The notes beneath the pieces are model-generated. The model had not been told where the DNA came from, made no database searches, and saw only the letters and a list, made by a program, of their open reading frames with translations. Positions 50,917 through 60,876 of a stretch of 64,000 nt of DNA are shown here, one piece after another. This stretch comes from an uncultured Bacilli bacterium (GTDB lineage: Bacteria; Bacillota_I; Bacilli_A; RF39; UBA660): assembly GCA_934100165.1 (NCBI GenBank), contig CAKOPN010000001.1, positions 180,389 to 244,388 on the forward strand, written 5' to 3'. The position numbers and the translations under genes are program-made. Each line of letters opens with the position of its first letter. Within the stretch, counting starts at the first letter, position 1.

Positions 50917-51107
50917 ATATATCAAATAGAAAACCTAATTTAAACAAAAGAATTCGTTCACATGCTTTAAATACAACTAACAGTACTCAAGCATTAAATT
51001 TACAAGTTGTAAGACTTGAAGATGGTACAAAAGTAAGAATTAGTGCTAAAGAAGCAAGAACATTAAGAAAAGCAGAAAAAGTTAATACTGAAGAAAAAAC
51101 TGCATAA
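50917..51107 (+). CDS. rpmB: Probable 50S ribosomal protein L28 (bL28), atypical
   Basis: MAINISNRKPNLNKRIRSHALNTTNSTQALNLQVVRLEDGTKVRISAKEARTLRK follows the bL28 pattern RSHAxN...NLQ...KVxVSA. It has an AAAGGAGG ribosome-binding site and is followed by a terminator. Confidence 0.55.
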
Positions 51108-51111
51108 TTAA

Positions 51112-51141
51112 AATATTTGGCATTCCCAAATATTTTTTTTA
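51112..51141 (+). terminator. Intrinsic terminator after rpmB
   Basis: aatatttgg-cattc-ccaaatatt hairpin followed by TTTTTT. Confidence 0.6.
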
Positions 51142-51142
51142 T

Positions 51143-51176
51143 GACAAAAAAAGAGTTATTTCAATTTTAACTCTTC
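51143..51176 (-). terminator. Intrinsic terminator overlapping the end of the DivIVA-domain gene
   Basis: aagagtta/taactctt stem including the stop codon, followed by UUUUUUU. Confidence 0.45.
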
Positions 51177-51599
51177 TATTTCGTCTATAACGGCTAGTTG
51201 TTGTTCAACAACTAGTTTTAATTTTCTTTTAAAAATCCTCATGTTTCTCTCTAAAGTGTCAGATCTAATTTCAATTTTTTCTGCTCGTAAAAGTGCATCA
51301 TTAACAATTCTTGAAGCATTTTTTCTAGCATCATCTATTATAGAGTTTCTTTCTTCATAAGCACCTTTTCGTATTTCTGTACTCGCTTCCTCTGCTTTAT
51401 AAAGTGCTCGTTTAAGTTCTCCTTCACTTTTCTTATAGTTTACTATCTCACTTTTTAATTTCTCGTTGTCATCATGAAGTTTTTTCATTTTATCAAGCAT
51501 GCCTTCAGTTTGGGCAATTACATCATCAACAAATTTATTAACTTCAGAAACACTATATCCTTTATCTTCAACTTTAAATTTATCCAAAGTAATCACCAC
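51156..51599 (-). CDS. DivIVA-domain protein
   Basis: N-terminal DivIVA motif FKVEDKGYSVSEVNKFVDDV plus a coiled coil. Confidence 0.7.
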   Translation of the reverse strand: MVITLDKFKVEDKGYSVSEVNKFVDDVIAQTEGMLDKMKKLHDDNEKLKSEIVNYKKSEGELKRALYKAEEASTEIRKGAYEERNSIIDDARKNASRIVNDALLRAEKIEIRSDTLERNMRIFKRKLKLVVEQQLAVIDEIEELKLK

Positions 51600-51616
51600 C
51601 TAAACAGTTAATAAAA

Positions 51617-52054
51617 CTACCAGTTATATTCATCCTCTTCTACTTCTTCTGTCTTTTTATTACTTTTTGCTGGTTTTGCATTATCATCAGAAATCTTTCC
51701 TTCTACACTAATTGATTTAGGTGTGCAAAGGAATATTCCTCCTCCAAGTTTTTGTAAATCTCCACCAATTGCATATATAGTACCGCTCAAGAAATCTACA
51801 ATTCTCTTTGCTTGATCAGGTGTAACTCTTTTTAAGTTAACTACAACTGAAGAGTTGCCTTTCAAGTAATCTGCAATTTGCTGTGACTCAGAATATGCTC
51901 TAGGTTCTAATAAAATCATTGTGTTCTCAGCACTCTTTGGAACATAACTACCGTCACCCATAACTGTACTATCATCAATAGTTTCTTCATCTATATCCTC
52001 TTGGCTACCAAAAATACCCTTAATCTTTTCAAATGCCATCTCTCTATCCTCCAT
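51617..52054 (-). CDS. sepF: Cell division protein SepF
   Basis: [29 protein letters not shown]...[18 protein letters not shown]. Confidence 0.8.
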   Translation of the reverse strand: MEDREMAFEKIKGIFGSQEDIDEETIDDSTVMGDGSYVPKSAENTMILLEPRAYSESQQIADYLKGNSSVVVNLKRVTPDQAKRIVDFLSGTIYAIGGDLQKLGGGIFLCTPKSISVEGKISDDNAKPAKSNKKTEEVEEDEYNW

Positions 52055-52130
52055 TATCTATATACAACATTTTAACATACTTTACAATACTTTTCAAAGT
52101 ACTTTATCAAAAACTTAAGCCTGTTTACAT

Positions 52131-53906
52131 TTATAATGCATACCATATTTTTGCAACATCACTATTGCTACTATAAGGTTCAGGATTAGGTCTTTCCATT
52201 TTAAGAGAAACCGGAACCTTAAATGCACTACCAAATGCTATTGCGCATCCTGGCTGTAATGTTTTAAGTATCGCCAAAATCTCATCACTTACATTAGGAA
52301 CCATTTCTTTTATATACTGTAAATCTTTAGGATGTAATGTTCTAAGTATAATAAAGTTAGAACACTGAGAAATACTAGTATCACTAAGTTCACTTGGTCT
52401 TTGAGTAATTAACCCCAAAAGAATACCGTATTTTCTTCCCTCTTTAGTTATTCTATCAAAAATATTATATCCAAGAAGTTCTGCATCTTTATCATTTTGA
52501 ACATATCTATGTGCTTCTTCTATAATTATATGGAAAGGTGTTTTACCTCTAATATCATTGTTTACAGAATAATCAAATAATATTTTAGAAATAATTTTTG
52601 TAATTGCTTTTGCCATTCTATCATCAACATAGTTAATATTAAAGTCTATAAGTTGAACTTTTTTGCCTTCTTTTGTAGTAAGTAAGTCACTTATATAAGC
52701 TCCCCTATTAACCATTTTGTCATATTTAAAATATTCTTGATAACTACTATTTGCTAAAGAATGTAGTCTAACTGATAAAATATTTGCATAGTCAAAGACT
52801 TTATCACTCTTAAGTATTCCTTCAGAAATAAGTGCAAAATCAAGTGCATTTTCCAAATCTTTCAAATCATACATTACATCGCCACGAGGAGCATTTAATT
52901 CAAGCCCTTCAACAATAAATGTACTTATAAAATTAACAACAAGTTCCATTTCTTGCATTTTGCCATTATTATCAACATATATACATTGTTTTAAAGTTCT
53001 AACATAACCTGGTTGAATTATTTTACTCTCTAAGTTCAAAAGTTCTGTATTAAAAGTAGACAATACCGCTGTTATTTGATCTCTTATTTTTATAGAATCT
53101 TTTCCACTTTTCAAAATATCTAACAGTGCTCTTGCAATGATATCATTTTTTAATCTAATCGCTTCTTCATTTGTACTTACTAACACAGGAACAAGTTTTA
53201 ATGCTTTTTCAATTATTGGAAGCTGCATTGAATTAGTAGCACCAAGCAAAATAGCAATATCATCAACATCTAAAAGCCATAAAGGAATTCTAAGTATTTC
53301 CGCATCACTTTGACGTGTATTTGTAGTATATGTTTTAAAGTTAAGGCTTGGATTAAAGTTATGTAAAAAACTAAATGCATTTTTATATTCGCCATATGCA
53401 TCAAAAATAAACATATTGGCATTAACAGGTAAATATTTTGATGTAGTAAAAATGTTTTGAATTATTCTTGCAAAAGTACAACTTTTACCAGATCCAGTAT
53501 TACCAAGTATTGCAAAATGGTTACTAAAAAATGGGTTAACTTCAACATTTATTTTGTAGTTAGCATACACAGAAGATGTACCAAGTGCTATTTGAGTACT
53601 ATCTGTTATCTCTTGTTTACCCAAAATAAGTGATAACTCTCCGATTGAAATAATTCGTACAAAAGATGAAAAAGAAGGCTTTACTGTAACACCAGGAACA
53701 AATCTTTCACCAACAAACTCACCAACAATACCAACTTTTATATATTCTTTATCTACTTTAAGGATTTCTCCTACTAATTTTTTCTTTCTGTCATCGAAAA
53801 CAACATGAATGTTCATCAAGTTACCACAATTTAAAATATTTGAATCAATACTAATTGTAACTATGTTGCCTTCAACATCAATTATTTTTCCCAAACTATT
53901 ATTCAT
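52131..53906 (-). CDS. HerA-like ATPase (N-terminal HAS barrel plus DUF87 P-loop NTPase)
   Basis: Walker A ILGNTGSGKS, Walker B FHIIIEEAHRY, and an N-terminal beta-barrel-like segment. The start is refined to the ATG (MNNSLGK) with an AGGGTGG ribosome-binding site. It has its own extended -10 promoter. Confidence 0.65.
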   Translation of the reverse strand: MNNSLGKIIDVEGNIVTISIDSNILNCGNLMNIHVVFDDRKKKLVGEILKVDKEYIKVGIVGEFVGERFVPGVTVKPSFSSFVRIISIGELSLILGKQEITDSTQIALGTSSVYANYKINVEVNPFFSNHFAILGNTGSGKSCTFARIIQNIFTTSKYLPVNANMFIFDAYGEYKNAFSFLHNFNPSLNFKTYTTNTRQSDAEILRIPLWLLDVDDIAILLGATNSMQLPIIEKALKLVPVLVSTNEEAIRLKNDIIARALLDILKSGKDSIKIRDQITAVLSTFNTELLNLESKIIQPGYVRTLKQCIYVDNNGKMQEMELVVNFISTFIVEGLELNAPRGDVMYDLKDLENALDFALISEGILKSDKVFDYANILSVRLHSLANSSYQEYFKYDKMVNRGAYISDLLTTKEGKKVQLIDFNINYVDDRMAKAITKIISKILFDYSVNNDIRGKTPFHIIIEEAHRYVQNDKDAELLGYNIFDRITKEGRKYGILLGLITQRPSELSDTSISQCSNFIILRTLHPKDLQYIKEMVPNVSDEILAILKTLQPGCAIAFGSAFKVPVSLKMERPNPEPYSSNSDVAKIWYAL

Positions 53907-53925
53907 ACTTGCCACCCTATTCTAA

Positions 53926-53938
53926 AAAGATTATAGCA
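53926..53938 (-). promoter_or_regulatory. Extended -10 promoter (TGcTATAAT) for the HerA-like gene
   Basis: Minus-strand tgtgcTATAAT about 20 nt upstream of the ribosome-binding site. A terminator of the upstream M16 gene lies at 53977..53997. Confidence 0.45.
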
Positions 53939-53969
53939 CAGAACAAAAAGATTAAAAAGTATTTTTGTA

Positions 53970-53997
53970 AAAAAAAGAAAGTATCAAAAGTACTTTC
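53970..53997 (-). terminator. Intrinsic terminator after the M16 peptidase gene
   Basis: gaaagta-N7-tactttc hairpin followed by UUUUUUUU. Confidence 0.5.
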
Positions 53998-53999
53998 AA

Positions 54000-55274
54000 T
54001 TATTTCTTTGAATACGCTATAACTAAAGAAGAATTATCAATATCAATTTTTGACTTTGCTAAAAGAACATCATCAAGTGTAATACTTCTTATTATGTTTA
54101 TTTTATCATATATTACATCACCATAATCAACAACACTTTCAATTACACCATTAAGCGTTGACTGAACTCTATCTGAACTTAACACGTAACTTGATATATA
54201 TGTTTTTTTATACCTTTCAACATCATCTTTTGTAATTTCTTTATTATTAAAATATTCTACAATTTTTTCTTTTAACTTCTCAGGGCTAGATGACTCTGCC
54301 ATAAATTCTATTAAAAGGAAATCATCAATTACCATTTTTGATGCTACAAATTCTGTAAAAAGATTATCACTCAATGCCTCTTCTTTAAAAATAGAAGCAC
54401 TACCGTAAAGAATATCATATATAAAAGTAGTAAGAAGTACAAATTTATATTTATCTTTAAAATGTAAGTCTTTCAAAGATATTTTTAATGTAAAAATCAT
54501 TTTTGGCTTAACAACATTATCAAGTTTTAATTCTATTTTTTTCTTATTTACTTCTAAAGGCTCATTAGGTCTTATTACAGAAACAGCGACACTATTTTTT
54601 TTCTCATTCAAAAGTTTGTTATTTTTAATTACTTCTAAAATACTTTCTACATCAAAGTTTCCTGATATAAAAAGGTACATATTGCTTGGTATATAAAAAG
54701 CATTATAGCAACAATACAAATCTTCCTTGGTAATATTTCTAACACTTTTTTCTGTTCCGCCAATATCTATTCTCATCGGATGCCTTTTAAAGATTGCTTT
54801 ACTGCTTTCATTATACATTCTACTTTCAGGTTCATCACTGTACATATTTATTTCTTCTACAATAATATTTTTTTCTTTTTCTACATTTTCGTCAGTAAAA
54901 TAAGGGCTATTAACATAGTTAAGTAAAAATTCCAAGTTTTCTTCTATATTATTAGTGCCTTCAACTGTATATGACGTACTTTTATAGCCTGTTGATGCAT
55001 TGGCATCACTACCAGTTTTCGAAAAGAATTCGAATGGATCTTCTCCAGTTTCTTGTTCGAACATTTTATGTTCCAAAAAATGAGCTACTCCAGATGGTGG
55101 TGTACATACTTTACCATTAACCTTAAATTTATCAATAGCAGCACCAAATATTGTCATATAATTTATAGAGTAATTTTTTCTATTCTTAAAAGGCATTAAG
55201 AATATTTTTAGCCCATTATCAAGTGTTTCTGTAATAACTTCTTGTTCAATTCCTTCAAGCATTTTCTTTTTCAT
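54000..55274 (-). CDS. M16 family zinc peptidase (pitrilysin-like, active subunit)
   Basis: HFLEHKMFE inverted zinc-binding motif HxxEH. Confidence 0.75.
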   Translation of the reverse strand: MKKKMLEGIEQEVITETLDNGLKIFLMPFKNRKNYSINYMTIFGAAIDKFKVNGKVCTPPSGVAHFLEHKMFEQETGEDPFEFFSKTGSDANASTGYKSTSYTVEGTNNIEENLEFLLNYVNSPYFTDENVEKEKNIIVEEINMYSDEPESRMYNESSKAIFKRHPMRIDIGGTEKSVRNITKEDLYCCYNAFYIPSNMYLFISGNFDVESILEVIKNNKLLNEKKNSVAVSVIRPNEPLEVNKKKIELKLDNVVKPKMIFTLKISLKDLHFKDKYKFVLLTTFIYDILYGSASIFKEEALSDNLFTEFVASKMVIDDFLLIEFMAESSSPEKLKEKIVEYFNNKEITKDDVERYKKTYISSYVLSSDRVQSTLNGVIESVVDYGDVIYDKINIIRSITLDDVLLAKSKIDIDNSSLVIAYSKK

Positions 55275-56532
55275 TTTTATCTCCCCCTAGCAAAAACACT
55301 GTATCCATATGAACTTTTTTAGCAAATTTAATAATATCATCTTTAGTTACTTTTAAAATCTCTTCACGTCTTTTTTCTATTTTATCTATCCCCCACAAAT
55401 CTACTGCATAATATGAAGAAATAATCTGATTAGGTCTGTCAAGTGCTTCATCTAATATTGAAAGATAATACTTTTTAGCATTCTCAATATCTGTATCAGT
55501 AAAGTTACCATTAACCATGTCTGTCATTTCCTTATTTATAAGTATAAGCATCTTATCCAAATTTTCTTTTGTAATACCAGATGTAATAATAAATAAATTG
55601 TCAAGCTTATTACCTATTGAAGAAACATAGTAACATAAAGAATATTTTTCTCTTATGTTTTTAAAGAATTTAGAATCTGCAGTAGCACCAAGTATCAAGT
55701 TATATAAATTTAAAACATATTCTCTTTCGAACTTTTTCATTTTATCAATAGTACATCCAATGCTAAGCTTTGCTTGTGTTGTATTATCAGGTTCTTTAAA
55801 TACTTGAACTTTTCCTCTTGCTTTTTTAGGTTCTAATATTGGGCTATCATCATTATTTCTAAATATTCTGAATTTAAGTTTTTCTTTTACTATTTTTGTA
55901 ATCTCATCAAAAGAAATATTACCCAAAACAAACACATCTATCACACTTTTATTCATAAAATCCTTATAAAAAGTATAAAGGTTACTTGGGGTTATTTTTT
56001 CAAGATCTTCCATATAGCCATATTCACAATAAGAATAAGGTTTATCGCTGTCCATTACTTCTAACATTTTTATAATAGAATATTTCCTAGGCTCCTCTTT
56101 CAATCTTTCTATCTGTGACTTTTCATTATTTTTTACAACATCAAAACTTACTTTATCAAAGCTGTCACAATCTACATTAGGATCAAAAATAATATCACTT
56201 AAAAGTTGAAACGTTTCCTCTAGCATTCCTTTTTCACTATACTTTTCATCAAGCATATGTACATTAAAATCTAAGTTATAAAAGTTTCCAACTCTATAAC
56301 ACGAAGGAAATATTTTAGGAGAATATAAATCTTGAACCTTTAATGCCATCTTATTCTTAGATGGATACTTTTTAGTAGTATAAGAAAGAATAGATGATAA
56401 AAAATTAGTAAGTGTTATTTTTTCTTTCTCTATTTTATTACGCATTATTACTTCAATATTAACAGTTTTAAATCGATCTGTCTTTATCATATGAAGATTG
56501 AATGAGCCCATGTTTTTTTTCTTATATATCAA
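55255..56532 (-). CDS. M16 family peptidase-like protein (probably a non-catalytic partner subunit)
   Basis: M16 fold length and neighbourhood. It lacks the HxxEH motif. Confidence 0.55.
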   Translation of the reverse strand: MIYKKKNMGSFNLHMIKTDRFKTVNIEVIMRNKIEKEKITLTNFLSSILSYTTKKYPSKNKMALKVQDLYSPKIFPSCYRVGNFYNLDFNVHMLDEKYSEKGMLEETFQLLSDIIFDPNVDCDSFDKVSFDVVKNNEKSQIERLKEEPRKYSIIKMLEVMDSDKPYSYCEYGYMEDLEKITPSNLYTFYKDFMNKSVIDVFVLGNISFDEITKIVKEKLKFRIFRNNDDSPILEPKKARGKVQVFKEPDNTTQAKLSIGCTIDKMKKFEREYVLNLYNLILGATADSKFFKNIREKYSLCYYVSSIGNKLDNLFIITSGITKENLDKMLILINKEMTDMVNGNFTDTDIENAKKYYLSILDEALDRPNQIISSYYAVDLWGIDKIEKRREEILKVTKDDIIKFAKKVHMDTVFLLGGDKNEKENA

Positions 56533-56571
56533 ATTCTCACCTCTTTTTTATTATGTTCATTTAAATATTTT

Positions 56572-57282
56572 TTATAATTTTATAGCTGTTTCAAGTGCTA
56601 ATCTCATCATATCAGTAAAGCTTTTTTCTCTTTCCTCACTAGTTGTTGCTTCATGTGTCACAAGGCTATCTGAAATAGTTAACAAACATGCTGCTTTTTT
56701 ATTAAGTGCTTTTGCATTATGGAAAAGTGCAAAAGATTCCATTTCGCAAGCAAGGCAACCATATTTTTCATAAAGTTCTTTAAAATTATCATTTTCTTTA
56801 TAAAAGACATCACTACTATGGATTGTTCCTCGTTTTAATTCAATAGAAAGATCTTCTGCAGTTTCAATCAGCTTTTTGTTTATTTCATCACTTGAATACA
56901 AAATATTTGTAGAATCACCATTTTGAACTTTACCAAATGTTGATTCTGAATAAGATGCAAGTGTTAAAAGTACATCATAAATTTTAACTTCATCTGTATA
57001 AGCACCAGCAGAACCTATTCTAATAATTGTATCAACATCATAGAATTTATATAATTCATACGAGTATATTCCCATACTAGGCATACCCATTCCTGAAGAA
57101 AAAATAGTAACCATTTTCCCTTTGTAATAACCTGTATATGCCAAAGCATTTCTAACTTTATTAACTACTTTTGCATTTTCTAAAAAATTCTCAGCAATGT
57201 ACTTAGCACGAAGCGGATCTCCAGGCATAAGTACTACTTTTGCTATTTCTTCTTTTTTTGATTCAATATGTGGCGTTGCCAT
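56572..57282 (-). CDS. deoD: Purine nucleoside phosphorylase DeoD-type
   Basis: MATPHI...VVLMPGDPLRAKYIAENFLE...GMGMPS is near-identical in pattern to E. coli DeoD. Confidence 0.85.
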   Translation of the reverse strand: MATPHIESKKEEIAKVVLMPGDPLRAKYIAENFLENAKVVNKVRNALAYTGYYKGKMVTIFSSGMGMPSMGIYSYELYKFYDVDTIIRIGSAGAYTDEVKIYDVLLTLASYSESTFGKVQNGDSTNILYSSDEINKKLIETAEDLSIELKRGTIHSSDVFYKENDNFKELYEKYGCLACEMESFALFHNAKALNKKAACLLTISDSLVTHEATTSEEREKSFTDMMRLALETAIKL

Positions 57283-57330
57283 AATTATTACCTTCTTTCC
57301 TTTTTTAGTTAAAAATAACCAAGTTAATAC

Positions 57331-59628
57331 TTAGTTATTATCAATATTTTCACTATTATCTATTTTTACCAAAACCTCACGAGGTTTAGAGCCATTTTGT
57401 GGGCCAATTATTCCCCTTTCTTCAAGTAAATCGATTATTCTTGCTGCTCTATTGTAACCTAGTTTAAATCTTCTTTGTAAAAGCGATGCAGATGCTTTAC
57501 CAGATGTTATTACAAACTCAACTATTTCATCGTACAACGGATCATCATATTCTTCCTCAGTCTCATGAACACCGCCGCCAGCATTTCCCATATCCTTAGC
57601 AGCATTTAAATTCATGAATTTTTCATCATACTGAGCTTTTTGTTGTTCAACAGTGTATGCAACAAGTGATTCTATTTCTTCATCTGAAACATAAGCACCT
57701 TGTATTCTCTCTGGAGAACTTTCTCCCATCGGTAAGAATAACATATCACCTTTTCCAAGTAGTTTTTCAGCACCAGTCTGATCAAGAATAGTACGTGAAT
57801 CTATACCACTAGAAACTGCAAATGATATACGTGATGGAATATTTGCTTTTACAACACCTGTAATTACATCAGTAGATGGTCTTTGTGTTGCTACAATAAG
57901 ATGAATACCTGCAGCTCTTGCTTTTTGAGTAATTCTCATGATAGAGTCTTCAACTTCTTTTCCTGCTACCATCATAAGATCTGCAAGCTCATCTACAATA
58001 ACAACTATATAAGGCATCTTAGCTATCTTATCGTCTTCACTTCTAACTTGGTTTTCTTTATCAACCCATTCGTTGTAACCTTTAATATTTCTAACATTCT
58101 TCTCTTCTAGCTCGTCATAACGTCTTTCCATTTCATCAACCATTTTTTGAAGAGCAACATTAGCTTTTTTAGGATCCGTTACAACTGGCATAAGTAAATG
58201 AGGAATCCCATTATAAACAGAAAGCTCTACTTTCTTAGGGTCAACCAAGACAAGTTTTACTTCATCAGGTTTAGCACGCATTAAAATTGATGCAATTATA
58301 CAGTTAATACAAACTGATTTACCACTACCAGTAGCACCAGCTACTAATAAGTGAGGAGTTTTATCAATTTCTGCAAACAAGCTCTTACCCATAATGTTTT
58401 TACCAAGAGCAACTAAAAGTTTATTGCCAACTTTGTTTTGTGGGACGTTTTCAAGTATCTCTCTTAATGATACCATAGCTACAGTTTCATTAGGAATTTC
58501 AATTCCAACCGTACTCTTTCCTGGAATAGGTGCTTCTATTCTTATATCTTTTTTAGCTAATGCTAAAGAAAGTTCACGATTTATACTTAACAATTTGCTT
58601 AGTTTTGTACCTGTTTGAATTTCCATCTCATACTGAGTAACACTAGGTCCACTATTGACTTCAACAACCTTACCAATAATTCCAAAATCGCGTAAAGTTT
58701 TTTCAAGTATCATTATATTTTTTTCAATAACAGCTTGATTATTTAAGCTTTTTTTACGTTCAGGAGGTTTAAGAAGACTAAGTGTAGGTAAAATATAGTT
58801 ACTCTTAGGAACAGTTTGGACATTTTCAACTACTTCAGCAGGTTTATTTTCTTCTTCCTTTTCTTCTCTTACTTCGTTATTCATTCTTTTCAATTCATCA
58901 ATACTTGAAATAACAAGCTTTGGTTCAGCTGGATCAGTCTCTTCCTTTGGTGCATTATTATCGTTAATAATAACAACAGGGCTTTTCTTCTCTTCTTCAT
59001 CTTTATCTTTAGAGTCAGAGTTCTTTTCTTTCTTTTTAATAATAGACTTACTCTTTTCAATACCGTTTTTTACAAAATCAACAATAGAGAATCCCGTAAA
59101 GAAACAAGTACCTGTAATCATTAAAATTATTGCAACTATTTTTGTACCAGTATAATCAAACAAAATATTAAATGCTACTGCAAGAGCACATCCAATAATT
59201 CCACTACCATAAGTAGTAAAAGGGGCTCCATTTTTAATGCTTTCTGTAGTAGCCATTATGTCATCTACAGTCTCTTTAAAGATTATTTCTGCATTGCCAC
59301 TATTTTCAATAACATAATTTAAATGAGCAAAAACAAGTACCCCTATCATAACAATTAAAAGACCAATAAATTTTGTAGACCAAAACGAAGGTGATTTGCC
59401 TTTGAAAAGCATATAAACACCAACGCAAAATACTGCAGCTATAAATAACCAGTCTAAAGTACCAAATAAAAATATTGCAAAACTTCTAGCAAGCTTTCCA
59501 ATATACCCAAGTGGCTTACCAGGACCAAAAGCCATAATAGCAAGGATTATTAAAACAACACCATATAACCCAGTGCTATACTCAAACTTTTTCTTTTTAT
59601 CATCTTTTCTACTTTTCTTTTTTCCCAT
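57331..59628 (-). CDS. ftsK: DNA translocase FtsK/SpoIIIE
   Basis: N-terminal transmembrane region, a linker, a Walker A motif AGATGSGKS, and a C-terminal gamma domain. Confidence 0.9.
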   Translation of the reverse strand: MGKKKSRKDDKKKKFEYSTGLYGVVLIILAIMAFGPGKPLGYIGKLARSFAIFLFGTLDWLFIAAVFCVGVYMLFKGKSPSFWSTKFIGLLIVMIGVLVFAHLNYVIENSGNAEIIFKETVDDIMATTESIKNGAPFTTYGSGIIGCALAVAFNILFDYTGTKIVAIILMITGTCFFTGFSIVDFVKNGIEKSKSIIKKKEKNSDSKDKDEEEKKSPVVIINDNNAPKEETDPAEPKLVISSIDELKRMNNEVREEKEEENKPAEVVENVQTVPKSNYILPTLSLLKPPERKKSLNNQAVIEKNIMILEKTLRDFGIIGKVVEVNSGPSVTQYEMEIQTGTKLSKLLSINRELSLALAKKDIRIEAPIPGKSTVGIEIPNETVAMVSLREILENVPQNKVGNKLLVALGKNIMGKSLFAEIDKTPHLLVAGATGSGKSVCINCIIASILMRAKPDEVKLVLVDPKKVELSVYNGIPHLLMPVVTDPKKANVALQKMVDEMERRYDELEEKNVRNIKGYNEWVDKENQVRSEDDKIAKMPYIVVIVDELADLMMVAGKEVEDSIMRITQKARAAGIHLIVATQRPSTDVITGVVKANIPSRISFAVSSGIDSRTILDQTGAEKLLGKGDMLFLPMGESSPERIQGAYVSDEEIESLVAYTVEQQKAQYDEKFMNLNAAKDMGNAGGGVHETEEEYDDPLYDEIVEFVITSGKASASLLQRRFKLGYNRAARIIDLLEERGIIGPQNGSKPREVLVKIDNSENIDNN

Positions 59629-59714
59629 AACTACTCTCCAGTCTATAGGAATATTATAGCATAATAATTTACAAAATTCCTAAAATTATCCCTAAAAATT
59701 AAGCAAAAAAAAGA

Positions 59715-59737
59715 AAACCGTATATTTTTTTACGGTT
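59715..59737 (-). terminator. Intrinsic terminator after ftsZ
   Basis: aaaccgta-N8-tacggttt hairpin followed by a U-run. Confidence 0.55.
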
Positions 59738-59748
59738 TCTTACATCTT

Positions 59749-60864
59749 CTAGAAATTTTTGTCTCTTAAGAATGGTGGGAGTTCATATTTACTTCCTTCA
59801 TCACTGTCATCATCATCATTCAAGTTTTCAATTCTTTGTTCAACAGATTCAACTCTAGTTCTTCTAATAGGAGTTTGTGATTCAACTGTTTGGACATTCT
59901 TATATAATGGTTCTTTTTCTTTATTCTTATCAAATCCTGTAGCAATAACAGTAACGATAACTTCATCAGTTAAGTTTTCATTGATTACAGAACCAAAAAT
60001 TGTATTTATATCTGTATTTGCTGCTGCTCTAACAACTTCTGCTGCTTGTTCAGCCTCAAACAAAGTTAAGTTTACTCCACCAGTAATATTGATTATTGCA
60101 TCAGTAGCACCTGAAATAGATGTTTCAAGAAGTGGTGATGAAACTGCTTGTTTAGCAGCTTCAATAGCTCTTTCTTCTCCCATACCAATACCAATACCAA
60201 TTATTGCATTTCCGCTCTTCTCCATAACCGCTTTTACATCAGCAAAGTCAAGGTTAACAAGCCCTACTACAGCAATTAAGTCTGTAATTGATTGTACACC
60301 ACGACGAAGAACGTTATCAACTTCTTTAAATGCCTCTAACATTGGTGTTGTTTTATCAATAATCTCTCTTAATCTATCGTTTGGAATAACTATAAGAGTA
60401 TCAACATGTTTCTTTAATTCTTCAAGGCTAAAAAGTGCATTTTCCATTCTTTTTCTACCTTCGAATGTAAATGGTTTAGTAACTATAGCTACTGTAAGTG
60501 CCCCAAGGCCTTGAGCAATTTCTGCAACAATTGGAGCAGCTCCTGATCCAGTACCACCACCCATTCCACAAGTAATAAATACCATATCAGCGCCAGTTAA
60601 CGCCTCTTCAATTTCTTTTTTAGCTTCTAATGCTGCCTCTTTACCTACTTCTGGTTTAGCACCAGCACCAAGCCCAGTCTTACCAAGCTGTATTTTTATA
60701 TCCGCTTTAGAATTATTTAAAGCTTGTAAATCAGTATTTGCCGCAATAAAATCTACACCTTTAACACCAGTCTCAACCATACTGTTGATAGCATTACCAC
60801 CGCCACCACCAATACCTATAACTTTTATTTTTGCTAACTGGTCCATTTCTAATCCACCCAACAT
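59749..60864 (-). CDS. ftsZ: Cell division GTPase FtsZ
   Basis: GGGTGSG tubulin signature. An AGGAGG ribosome-binding site is present. Confidence 0.95.
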   Translation of the reverse strand: MLGGLEMDQLAKIKVIGIGGGGGNAINSMVETGVKGVDFIAANTDLQALNNSKADIKIQLGKTGLGAGAKPEVGKEAALEAKKEIEEALTGADMVFITCGMGGGTGSGAAPIVAEIAQGLGALTVAIVTKPFTFEGRKRMENALFSLEELKKHVDTLIVIPNDRLREIIDKTTPMLEAFKEVDNVLRRGVQSITDLIAVVGLVNLDFADVKAVMEKSGNAIIGIGIGMGEERAIEAAKQAVSSPLLETSISGATDAIINITGGVNLTLFEAEQAAEVVRAAANTDINTIFGSVINENLTDEVIVTVIATGFDKNKEKEPLYKNVQTVESQTPIRRTRVESVEQRIENLNDDDDSDEGSKYELPPFLRDKNF

Positions 60865-60876
60865 TGTATATCCTCC

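Noticed and set aside
59759-60514. 251-aa plus-strand ORF antisense to ftsZ
   Set aside because: It is antisense to a highly conserved gene, has low-complexity Ser/Leu-rich translation, and has no ribosome-binding site.
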